Assembly: GCA_045658805.1 (NCBI GenBank)
Contig: JAZOVQ010000053.1
Span: forward strand, 10,837-74,836
From: Candidatus Scatosoma sp.
GTDB taxonomy: Bacteria > Bacillota > Clostridia > Christensenellales > Borkfalkiaceae
DNA: 64,000 bases
Direction of reading: 5' to 3'
The translations under genes and the position numbers were made by a program. Each line of letters begins with the position of its first letter. Positions within the stretch are counted from its first letter, which is position 1. This document shows, in pieces, positions 56,701 through 64,000 of the stretch. Under the pieces are notes generated by a model. That model was not told where the DNA came from, searched no databases, and saw only the letters and a list, made by a program, of their open reading frames with translations.

Positions 56701-59061
56701 GTTATCCACATACAAATTCTTTGCGTAATACAAGGGGTTCGCATAAGAATCGCCAAACGAAATACCGCACCACGCCTCTATATCGCCTTGATAGGATACC
56801 CCTGCCAAGCGACTACAATTATTAAACGCATTGGTTCCAACCGAGGTTACACTGTCAGGGATAACCACACTCTTCAAGTTACTGCAACCATAGAAGGCCG
56901 AACCGCCAATTGCGGTTACACCATCGGGAATTTCCATACTCGTCAAACTACTACAATTATAGAATGCCGCGCCGTCAATTCTAGGGACATCATCAGGAAG
57001 AACCACATTTGTCAATCTGTTACACCCATAGAATGCCCCATAAAGAATATCACCGCCCGTTATCGTTACTTTCTTTAAGGAAGTAGGAATATAATAGGTA
57101 GTAGACGTTGTGCTACTTGCGCTAGAGCCATAATAGTATTGCGAAACTGCCGTCCCGCCTACATAATTACCCGTCCCAAATATGTATCCGAACGGATATT
57201 GATAGGTAGAACCTAAGGTTACCCCTGCTTTTGCTCCCACAAACGGCAACGTAATCTCTTCCAATCCACTGCATCCAGAGAACGCACAATTAGCAATCGA
57301 GGTGACGTTATCAGGAATTTCCATACTCGTCAAACTACTACAATTTTTAAACGCCTCATAACCAATTGCGGTTACCCCATTGCCAATGACTACACTCGCC
57401 AAATTACCACAACCAGAGAATGCATACTGGCCAATTGAAGTTACCGTATTAGGGATACGTACGCTGGTCAGTGCCTTGTCTTTAAACGTTGAATCCGCAA
57501 TAGACAATACAGGCAAGCCATTGTACGTTTGAGGGATGTTTACTTCCGTTTCCGCGCCATAATACCCTATTACTTTATAGCCGCCTTGCACCATTTCATA
57601 CGCCAAGCCCAAAGTGGGATTACGCCATTTCGCATACAAGCAAACGTCGCCTATATCCGTAATTTCAGTCACCTGAACGGTATAGTCCGCATCAAGATAC
57701 CAGCCCATAAATTCGCTATCTTGTTTTGTGGGCGCACTTAAAGCATACGGCAATTGCGCCGTCGTAAAGCTTGTTGGATTGTCCTTATGATTAAACGCTT
57801 CGTTTAATTCGTAGGAAACCATATAAGTGTTTGGCGTAAAGCGAGCCGTAAGCGTCATGTCCGCCGTAACAATATGCCCTGCGAAGCTCCATTTTTCTTC
57901 ACCAAAATACCAGCCAGCAAAGGTATAACCTGCAGGCGCATTGATTTCCTCAGGCGAAACTGCCTTTTCGCCGTTGGTTACCGATTGCGTAAAGCTTTCT
58001 TCGCCGTTGTTGGGATTAAACGTCACGGTATGTACCGTCTTAGGCGGCGCAAGCACTGTTTGCGTTGTACCGTCAGTGTACGTCACAACGAAATTGCCGT
58101 CAGCATTTATCGTTATCGATTGAATGCCTACGCCCGTTGCACCAGGCGCCCCTTGAGGACCAGTTTCACCGTCGGCACCGTCCGAGCCATTTTGACCATT
58201 TTGTCCATCGGCACCAGTAGCTTTTACACCGAGCGAAGTCCACGTTTCGCCATTGTCATAGGAAACGTACCAATAATTATCCTCGCCAATTTTTAATTGC
58301 GGCGTGATACCATCTTCGCCGTCCTCACCGTCTTCACCGTCGGAACCGTCCACGCCGTCACGTCCATCCGAGCCGTCTTGACCGTCCGAGCCATCCACGC
58401 CGTCACGGCCATCCGAACCGTCTTGACCATCCGAACCGTCTTCGCCGTCTTTTCCATCTTCACCAGTTGCTTTTACACCAAGCGAAATCCACGTTTCACC
58501 CTCGTCATAAGAAACGTACCAATAATTATCCTCGCCAATTTTCAATTGCGGAGTGATACCGTCTTCGCCATCCTCACCGTCTTGTCCGTCGGAACCGTCC
58601 ACGCCGTCACGGCCGTCCGAGCCGTCTTGTCCATCCGAGCCATCCACGCCGTCACGACCATCCGAGCCGTCTTCACCGTCGGAACCGTCCGAGCCATTTT
58701 GACCATTTTGTCCGTCGGCACCAGTTGCTTTTACGCCAAGCGAAGTCCACGTCACCCCATTGTCATAGGAAACGTACCAATAATTATCCGCACCGATAAT
58801 CAATTTCGGGGTAATACCATCAACGCCGTCTTGTCCATCCGAACCATCTACACCGTCAACGCCGTCACGACCGTCCGAGCCATCACGCCCATCCGAACCA
58901 TCTACACCGTCACGGCCATCCGAGCCAGCATCCCCTTTTTCGCCTTGAATACCTTGCTCGCCTTGAGGGCCTTGGACCACTTCATCTTCGCAAGCCGCAA
59001 AGCCAAATGCAGCCGTTCCAATACACAAGCACGCCAATAAAGAAATTAGAAGTTTTTTCAT
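53782..59061 (-). CDS. 1759-aa surface lipoprotein: acidic collagen-like Gly-X-Y tracts, flg_new repeats, long BspA-type leucine-rich-repeat array, C-terminal pre-peptidase (PPC)-like domain
   Basis: MKKLLISLLACLCIGTAAFGFAAC|E lipobox. GPQGEQGIQGEKGDAGSDGRDGVDGSDG... tracts. GYTFAGWYFGEEKW...MTLTARF. Dozens of IPDSVTSIGxxAFxxCSxLTSV units (LRR_5/BspA type). C-terminal YYCFTPTVTKSYTIQSSGSESCDTYVHLYS...GQTYYIAVRMYS. Confidence 0.9.
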   Translation of the reverse strand: MKKLLISLLACLCIGTAAFGFAACEDEVVQGPQGEQGIQGEKGDAGSDGRDGVDGSDGRDGSDGRDGVDGVDGSDGQDGVDGITPKLIIGADNYWYVSYDNGVTWTSLGVKATGADGQNGQNGSDGSDGEDGSDGRDGVDGSDGQDGSDGRDGVDGSDGQDGEDGEDGITPQLKIGEDNYWYVSYDEGETWISLGVKATGEDGKDGEDGSDGQDGSDGRDGVDGSDGQDGSDGRDGVDGSDGEDGEDGEDGITPQLKIGEDNYWYVSYDNGETWTSLGVKATGADGQNGQNGSDGADGETGPQGAPGATGVGIQSITINADGNFVVTYTDGTTQTVLAPPKTVHTVTFNPNNGEESFTQSVTNGEKAVSPEEINAPAGYTFAGWYFGEEKWSFAGHIVTADMTLTARFTPNTYMVSYELNEAFNHKDNPTSFTTAQLPYALSAPTKQDSEFMGWYLDADYTVQVTEITDIGDVCLYAKWRNPTLGLAYEMVQGGYKVIGYYGAETEVNIPQTYNGLPVLSIADSTFKDKALTSVRIPNTVTSIGQYAFSGCGNLASVVIGNGVTAIGYEAFKNCSSLTSMEIPDNVTSIANCAFSGCSGLEEITLPFVGAKAGVTLGSTYQYPFGYIFGTGNYVGGTAVSQYYYGSSASSTTSTTYYIPTSLKKVTITGGDILYGAFYGCNRLTNVVLPDDVPRIDGAAFYNCSSLTSMEIPDGVTAIGGSAFYGCSNLKSVVIPDSVTSVGTNAFNNCSRLAGVSYQGDIEAWCGISFGDSYANPLYYAKNLYVDNELVTELVVPSSITAIRPYAFAGCASLTSIVIHDDVTSIGKYAFYNTQGVTEIEFNATECADLTSSNYTFYNTGKNGNGVEITIGANVKKIPAYLFYPYTSTSSYAPKIVGVEFEEECVCESIGEYAFAYCASLTEIVIPDSVTTIGAFTFYGCSGLTEITLPFVGVSEFATGYQAVLGYIFGYTAKSDISAVSGTTYQYYDGKYYYYYIPSSLRSVIVTGGGIGASAFQNCTGLTSVILPDSVISIGAQTFYNCSGLTSIEIPDSVTMVGGNAFYNCSGLTSIEIPEHVTTIGNSAFSGCSGLTSLVVPDNVTSIGGSAFSRCSGLTEITLPFVGAKAGVTASAAYQYPFGYIFGTGSYVGGTATSQSYYGSSLSSTTSSTYYIPASLQEVTITGGEILYGAFYNCSGLTNVELPDDITKIGSYAFYNCRGLTRVDIPDSVTTIGTYAFSGCSGLTGLVIHENVTAIGTYAFSGCTALTEIEFNATELADFAASNGVFYNAGKNGDGIAVTIGVNVPKIPAYLFAPNTSSSYAPKIASVEFEEECVCESIGAYAFAYCASLTEIVIPDSVTSIGTYAFAYCSGLTSVELSQTTTFIDEEAFTDCTSLANVYYNGEVEDWCSIRFKNARANPIHNGGDLYFNNQLVSEVIFPETMTEISFAAFYNYTKLTSVTLSNSIRSIRKSAFAGCTNLTSVVMGDFVTSIGDFAFYQCVNLSNVVLSDFVTSIGEGAFTGCSSLTYIFLEDTVTNIAKNAFSSCSKLTIYCEAESALSGWNSSWNSSNRPVYWGCGEYTYRFETNGGEEIDDVVTKVAIELPIPEKEGYWFGGWYSDAEFTGAALASPYYVQDDTTLYANWFESEEAYLAWFDGSSFGRAIEVTTGRYTAVVDEAGEKIYYCFTPTVTKSYTIQSSGSESCDTYVHLYSAGQVELKTDDDTAGNRQFKLTYTLTAGQTYYIAVRMYSTTATGTFGFSIT
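58140..58971 (-). repeat. Coding tandem repeat: three units of about 250-260 bp (collagen-like tract + conserved 32-aa beta segment)
   Basis: Near-identical DNA blocks start near 58261, 58510 and 58768 (gaaacgtaccaataattatcc...). They encode ITP(K/Q)L(I/K)IG(A/E)DNYWYVSYD(N/E)G(V/E)TW(T/I)SLGVKATG, flanked by G-x-D triplets. Confidence 0.85.
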
Positions 59062-59105
59062 ACTACTACTCCAAATTTTTAATATAAAATATTAAAGATA
59101 GTTTT

Positions 59106-59134
59106 ATTCTACCACTTTTTCCAAGCTTTGTCAA
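59106..59134 (-). promoter_or_regulatory. Extended -10 promoter of the 1759-aa LRR gene
   Basis: Minus strand TTGACA (59134-59129), 17 nt, TGgTAGAAT (-10 at 59111-59106). The direct repeat AATGTTTATATAAA occurs at 59133-59146 and 59157-59170, overlapping and just upstream of the -35. Confidence 0.6.
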
Positions 59135-59182
59135 TGTTTATATAAATATTTACATAAATGTTTATATAAAACGCCGAAAAGT

Positions 59183-59223
59183 AAAAAAACACCGCGCGGA
59201 AGGCACAAAGCATTCCGCGCGGT
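59183..59223 (-). terminator. Rho-independent terminator after the aminotransferase gene
   Basis: 11-bp stem ACCGCGCGGAA / TTCCGCGCGGT (59191-59201 / 59213-59223), followed by GTTTTTTT on the minus strand. Confidence 0.85.
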
Positions 59224-59267
59224 TATGTACACTCTCACTCAGTTTTTAAAAAAGCGTAGTCAAAAGC

Positions 59268-60467
59268 TTATTTCAAAGCTTCAACAAAGCGTTTAATACG
59301 CTTCAAGCCCTCTTCGATATCCGCCTCGGACAACGCGTAGGACAAGCGAATGCAATCATCCGCGCCGAACGAAATACCAGGGATTGTCGCAACCTTTTCC
59401 GCTTCCAACAACGCATCGGCAAAGGCAATAGAGCCGTCAATTTTCTTATCGCCGTAGCACTTGCCGTACAATTTATCAAGCACCATCATAACGTAGAATG
59501 CGCCATCGGGTTCCACCGCGGTAACGCCGTCAATTTCGGCAATAAGCTTCAACAATTTTGCTCTGCGTCCGTCGAAAACCTTAACCATAGCGGCAATTTC
59601 TTCTTCGGGAGCGTTCAAAGCTTCCAAAGTAGCGCATTGCGAAATGGAGCAAGCGTTAGACGTAGCGTGGCTTTGGAAGGAATCGATTGCCTTTGCAACG
59701 TCCTTCGGCGCAGCCAAATACCCAATTCTCCAACCCGTCATGGCATAAGTCTTGGACACGCCGTTAACGGTAATGGTCAAATCCTGCATTTTTTCACTGC
59801 ACTTTGCGATAGAGAACGCTTTTACGCCGTTATAGCAAAGCTTTTCATAAATTTCATCGGCAAGCACGAAAATTTCCGCTTCTTCGCACACTTTCGCAAT
59901 TTCGCGAACTTCCGCTTCGGTATACACCGCACCCGTGGGGTTGGAAGGCGAATTGAAAATTAACATCTTGGTTTTGGGCGTAATAGCCGCTTTCAATTCC
60001 TCCGCGGTGAACTTGAATTTATTTTCCTTTTTACAATTAATATATACGGGCGTACCGCCGCAAACCTTAACCACTTCGGGATAAGTCAACCAATAGGGCG
60101 CAGGGATAATAACTTCGTCCCCCTCTTCCAAAACCGCATAGCAAGCGTTGAAAATGGAATGCTTTGCACCATTGGAAACGATAATTTGAGAAGGCTCGTA
60201 GGTAAGCCCGTTATCCTTTTGGAATTTTTCACAAATTGCCTTTCTCAAAGACAACATACCCGACGAGGGGGTGTATTTGGTCTGCCCGTTATCCAAAGCC
60301 GCTTTCGCCGCGTCAATAATATGTTCTGGGGTGTTGAAATCGGGTTCGCCGACGCCAAAAGAAACGACGGGTTCCCCTGCCGCTTTCATTGCCTTTGCCT
60401 TTGCCGAAATTGCCAAAGTAAGCGAAGGCGCAATTGCCGACATTCTCGATGCCACTCTATTTTTCAT
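59268..60467 (-). CDS. Class-I PLP-dependent aminotransferase (aspartate aminotransferase-like)
   Basis: Start trimmed to MKNRVASRMSAIAPSLT. PLP-lysine motif NGVSKTYAMTGWRIGY. Confidence 0.9.
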   Translation of the reverse strand: MKNRVASRMSAIAPSLTLAISAKAKAMKAAGEPVVSFGVGEPDFNTPEHIIDAAKAALDNGQTKYTPSSGMLSLRKAICEKFQKDNGLTYEPSQIIVSNGAKHSIFNACYAVLEEGDEVIIPAPYWLTYPEVVKVCGGTPVYINCKKENKFKFTAEELKAAITPKTKMLIFNSPSNPTGAVYTEAEVREIAKVCEEAEIFVLADEIYEKLCYNGVKAFSIAKCSEKMQDLTITVNGVSKTYAMTGWRIGYLAAPKDVAKAIDSFQSHATSNACSISQCATLEALNAPEEEIAAMVKVFDGRRAKLLKLIAEIDGVTAVEPDGAFYVMMVLDKLYGKCYGDKKIDGSIAFADALLEAEKVATIPGISFGADDCIRLSYALSEADIEEGLKRIKRFVEALK

Positions 60468-60635
60468 AGGTAAAATCTCCTCTTGTTTTTTGCTTGTTTT
60501 TCTTTGCTTTCTATTGTACATTTTTTTTACAAAGAAAGCAAGTGCAAATATGGGTGTTTTTATAAAAAATATCGAAAATGTTAAACAAAAACCGCTTAGC
60601 TATTCGTTTTTTAAATTGACTTTATCAACAAAATG

Positions 60636-60666
60636 AAAAAGGGAGTGCGTAAGCCCTCCCTTTTTG
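60636..60666 (-). terminator. Probable terminator after the partial LRR gene
   Basis: Stem AGGGAG / CTCCCT (60640-60645 / 60656-60661), with T-runs on both strands. Confidence 0.55.
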
Positions 60667-60685
60667 TTTGTTTTATCATATCACA

Positions 60686-63600
60686 TTACAATTTATACCA
60701 ATAATAATCGCAGTAAGTTGATTTGAAATAGGTTGCATTAGTATTGAAATTGCTTACATCTGTCCTCCCACCAGATGTTTGATTTTGCCAATTATCCACA
60801 TTCTTAGTTCTATACCAAGTAGATGTACCATTGATATGCAATCTATTCAATCCAGAATCATAAAATGCATATCTCTCAATAAATTTTACACTCTCGGGAA
60901 GCACTACACTCTTCAAGTTTCTGCTACCACAGAATGCATAAGCACCAATCGTGGTTACACCATCAGGAATAATAAATTCCGTTGCAGTCTTTCCTATAGC
61001 ATATTGTATGAAAAGCATTCCGTCTTTACTATACAAATTTCCATCGACATCTTTATATACACTATTATTTTCGCTTACTTCTATATTCATCAAGCTACTG
61101 CAACCATTAAACACATTAGAAGCAATTGTGGTTACACTATCAGGAATAACTATACACGTCAAACTACTGCAAAAAGCGAACGCCGCATCACCAATTGTGG
61201 TTACGCCGTTAGGAATTTCCACACTCGTTAAGCTAATGCAATATATGAATGCATAATTACCAATGCTTTCGCACACGCTTCCTTCTTCAAAGTCTACGCT
61301 GATAACATTAGGAGACGTAGAATTGTCACTCTTCTTGTACGGATAGAATAAATATGCAGGAATCGTCTTTACGTTTGCACCTATCGTCACTTTGATACCA
61401 TCTGCGTTTTTGCCTACATTATAGAACACACCATTTTCATTTATTAAGTCCTGACATTCCGTTGCATTATATTGCATTTCCGTCAACGCTGTACAGCTAG
61501 AGAACGCATAAGAACCAATCGTAGTTACACTGTCGCCAATTACCACGCTCGTGAAGCTATAGCATTTAGCGAATGCATATTCCCCAATCGTAGTCACGCT
61601 GTTGGGAATAACTATACTTGTCAAACTTCCGCAATCATAAAATGCAAATTGATTAATTTTTGTGATATAAGAAGGCAAAACCAAATCGATTTCCGTTCCT
61701 GAGTATCCAACCAAAATTTTTTCTTCACCGTCCGTGCAAATAATATATCCGTTATCGTTGAACAATTGACTTTCGATTATACCACTCTCGCTGTTATATA
61801 CTGTCACCGCATAATATCCTATCCAACCATTATCTTCCGACCCTTTCGTTATTGTAATAAACGGCGATTTATTGACCACTTCTGCAAGCCTATAGCACCC
61901 ATAGAACGCCCCATTACCAATTGTGGTTACGTTATCGGGGATAACCACACTCGTCAAGCTATCGCAATCTTGGAACGCCCGACCACTAATCGTGGTTACA
62001 CCATCGGGAACAACCAGTTCCGTCACCAACTCATCGTTTACATATAAATTCTTTGCATACCAAAAGGGCGTGGCATCCGTAGAATTAGCAAACGTAATAT
62101 TGCACCATGCAGCAAGATCCGTAATATACACACTCGTTAAAGCAGTACAATTTTGAAACGCCCCATAATTAATAGTCGTTACGCTATCAGGAATAGCTAT
62201 ACTTGTCAAGCTACTACATCCACTAAATGCATAATCACCAATTAAGGTTATACCGTCCCCCATATCCACGCTCGTCAATCCGCTACAATCGCGGAATGCC
62301 CCATAACCAAGCATTGTTGCTGATGTGATTGTTACTTTTTTTAGCGATGCGGGAAGATTTTTATTATCATAGAAAATATAACCAAAAGCAGGGTTGTTGC
62401 CATCCCTGTCACTTCCTACAAACGGAAGTGTTATTTCCGTTAATGCATCGCACCCACAAAACGCCTGATTTTCAATCAAGGTAACACTGTCAGGGATAAC
62501 AATGCTCGTCAAACCACTGCAATAAGCGAACGCAGAAGAACCAATCGTGGTTACACTGTCGGGAATTTCCACGCTTGTCAAGCTACTGCAATTATGGAAC
62601 GCATAATCGCCAATTATTGTTACACTGTCGCCAATAACCACGCTCGTCAAGCTATCACAACCAGAGAACGCATTATCACCAATCGTGGTTACACTGTCGG
62701 GGATTACCACGCTCGTCAAGCTATCGCAATAAGCGAACGCATAATTACCAATGCTTTCACATACGCTTCCTTCTTCAAATTCTACACTGAGAATTTTAGG
62801 GGAATAACTACTATTATTATAAGGGTAGAACAAATACGCAGGAATTTTCTTTACGTTTGCGCCTATCGTTACCGTAATACCACTTCCGTTTTTACCTGCG
62901 GAAGAGAATACGGCATTATTATAGGTCAAATCCGCGCATTCCGTTGCGTTATATTGGATTGCAGTCAATGCCGTACAGTCATAAAATGCCTGTTCACCAA
63001 TCGAAGTTACGCTGTCAGGGATAACCATGCTCGTCAAGCTACTGCATCCTGAGAACGCATGAGAAGCAATTGAGGTTACGCTGTCGCCGATTACCACGCT
63101 TGTCAAGCTATCGCAATTATAGAACGCATCATAACCAATCGAAGTTACGCTGTCGGGGATTACCACGCTCGTCAAGCTACTGCACCAAGAGAACGCAGAA
63201 GTACCAATCGTAGTTACGCTGTCGCCGATTACCACGCTCGTCAAGCTATCGCAATTATAGAACGCCCTATCACCAATCGTAGTTACACTGTTACCAATTA
63301 CCACGCTCGTCAAACTATAGCAATCATAGAACGCATAAGTACCAATCGTGGTTACGTTATCGCCGATTACCACGCTCGTCAAGTTATCGCAATAATAGAA
63401 CGCCCTATAAGCAATAGCTGTTATAGCTCTCTCCTCATAATTTGCGGGAATACTTAATGTAGTTATCGTTTTATCTTTCAGCCCTGTCACCGTATAGGTG
63501 CCATTGTTCAACGAGAAAGAAAGAATAGCATCAACCGAAACACCGCAACGAGAACAATTTTCATTGGTAAAATCATGTCCAATAGCAGGAATTTCCACTC

Positions 63601-64000
63601 TTGTATTATACGTACAATCTCTATTCCAGCACGCTTGGTACGCTTCCCAGCCTGCTTCGGTACAGGTGGGCGCTTGCGCTTCATGCCACAACAAGTTATG
63701 CCCCGTTGCAGGCAAAATGTGTTTTTCCAACAACACTACGCCGCACGAGGAGCAATATTTACCCATCGTGTGCCCATCCTCGGTACAAGTTTGCAAAACC
63801 AAAGGTTCTTCCACTACGGTATGCCCCGTAGCCACCAACGTTTCTTGTTTTTCCTGCGCCACACCGTCACAATCTAAACAATCGGGGTTCACACACACGT
63901 AACGAACGTAGCCTTCCGTAGTACACGTAGGCTCTACACGTTGCGTTTCCGACCAAATATGCGCGCTGTTATCATATACAATGGTCACTTCGTACGGCAC
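60686..64000 (-). CDS. BspA-type leucine-rich-repeat surface protein, C-terminal 1104 aa (N-terminus outside window), with Cys-rich repeats upstream of the LRR array
   Basis: The open frame reaches the window edge. Repeated IPDSVTTIGxxAFxxCxSLTSVVI units. Cassettes are paralogous to the 53782-59061 gene (for example NATECADLT...GKNGSGITVTIGANVKKIPAYLFYPY). The N-terminal visible part has PTCTExG...C..CG...PA(T/I)GH repeats. Confidence 0.9.
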   Translation of the reverse strand: MPYEVTIVYDNSAHIWSETQRVEPTCTTEGYVRYVCVNPDCLDCDGVAQEKQETLVATGHTVVEEPLVLQTCTEDGHTMGKYCSSCGVVLLEKHILPATGHNLLWHEAQAPTCTEAGWEAYQACWNRDCTYNTRVEIPAIGHDFTNENCSRCGVSVDAILSFSLNNGTYTVTGLKDKTITTLSIPANYEERAITAIAYRAFYYCDNLTSVVIGDNVTTIGTYAFYDCYSLTSVVIGNSVTTIGDRAFYNCDSLTSVVIGDSVTTIGTSAFSWCSSLTSVVIPDSVTSIGYDAFYNCDSLTSVVIGDSVTSIASHAFSGCSSLTSMVIPDSVTSIGEQAFYDCTALTAIQYNATECADLTYNNAVFSSAGKNGSGITVTIGANVKKIPAYLFYPYNNSSYSPKILSVEFEEGSVCESIGNYAFAYCDSLTSVVIPDSVTTIGDNAFSGCDSLTSVVIGDSVTIIGDYAFHNCSSLTSVEIPDSVTTIGSSAFAYCSGLTSIVIPDSVTLIENQAFCGCDALTEITLPFVGSDRDGNNPAFGYIFYDNKNLPASLKKVTITSATMLGYGAFRDCSGLTSVDMGDGITLIGDYAFSGCSSLTSIAIPDSVTTINYGAFQNCTALTSVYITDLAAWCNITFANSTDATPFWYAKNLYVNDELVTELVVPDGVTTISGRAFQDCDSLTSVVIPDNVTTIGNGAFYGCYRLAEVVNKSPFITITKGSEDNGWIGYYAVTVYNSESGIIESQLFNDNGYIICTDGEEKILVGYSGTEIDLVLPSYITKINQFAFYDCGSLTSIVIPNSVTTIGEYAFAKCYSFTSVVIGDSVTTIGSYAFSSCTALTEMQYNATECQDLINENGVFYNVGKNADGIKVTIGANVKTIPAYLFYPYKKSDNSTSPNVISVDFEEGSVCESIGNYAFIYCISLTSVEIPNGVTTIGDAAFAFCSSLTCIVIPDSVTTIASNVFNGCSSLMNIEVSENNSVYKDVDGNLYSKDGMLFIQYAIGKTATEFIIPDGVTTIGAYAFCGSRNLKSVVLPESVKFIERYAFYDSGLNRLHINGTSTWYRTKNVDNWQNQTSGGRTDVSNFNTNATYFKSTYCDYYWYKL

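Noticed and set aside
53782-64000. Regularly spaced repeats that could be mistaken for a CRISPR array or a satellite.
   Set aside because: All repeats lie in-frame inside long ORFs (LRR units of about 69-75 bp and collagen-like units), are imperfect, and have no unique spacers or cas genes nearby.

Overview
The window looks like a chromosomal segment of a Firmicutes (Clostridia-like) genome. About 45 genes are present and all but one (araC-type regulator, 39366-40175) are on the minus strand. No rRNA, tRNA, CRISPR array, transposase, integrase or recognisable defence gene was seen.

Core blocks:
- 1-7300: the conserved yicC-gmk-rpoZ-priA-def-fmt-rsmB-rlmN cluster. It lacks remA and coaBC and has an odd 369-nt structured def-fmt spacer.
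- 9300-13800: pcrA-ligA.
- 15500-20650: rpsU, a superoxide reductase / flavin-reductase-rubredoxin pair, luxS and other housekeeping genes.
- 20766-23650: a P2-type cation ATPase preceded by its own promoter, an Mn-riboswitch-like (yybP-ykoY) leader and a terminator.
- 47400-53600 and 59268-60467: rRNA methyltransferase, a J-like/DUF5685 pair, thrC and an aminotransferase.

Accessory part 1 (about 23.7-46.5 kb) is the most interesting region. It holds an AraC regulator, a long lipoprotein solute-binding protein, and two CUT1-type ABC permeases, one of them fused to a roughly 500-aa beta-propeller-like ectodomain. It also holds two large lipoproteins of unknown family, a 1339-aa surface protein apparently anchored at both ends, a 1964-aa secreted giant followed by an unannotated 41-codon ORF, and a cytoplasmic Gfo/Idh/MocA oxidoreductase. 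The two giants share about ten copies of a module I cannot assign to a known family. I read this as a Gram-positive polysaccharide-utilisation-like capture and import system whose outward-facing parts are uncharacterised.

Accessory part 2 (53.8-64 kb) has two giant BspA-type leucine-rich-repeat surface proteins flanking the aminotransferase gene. One is a lipoprotein with acidic proline-free collagen-like Gly-X-Y tracts, and the two share paralogous repeat cassettes.

All calls come from reading the sequence and from remembered family motifs. No database search was run.
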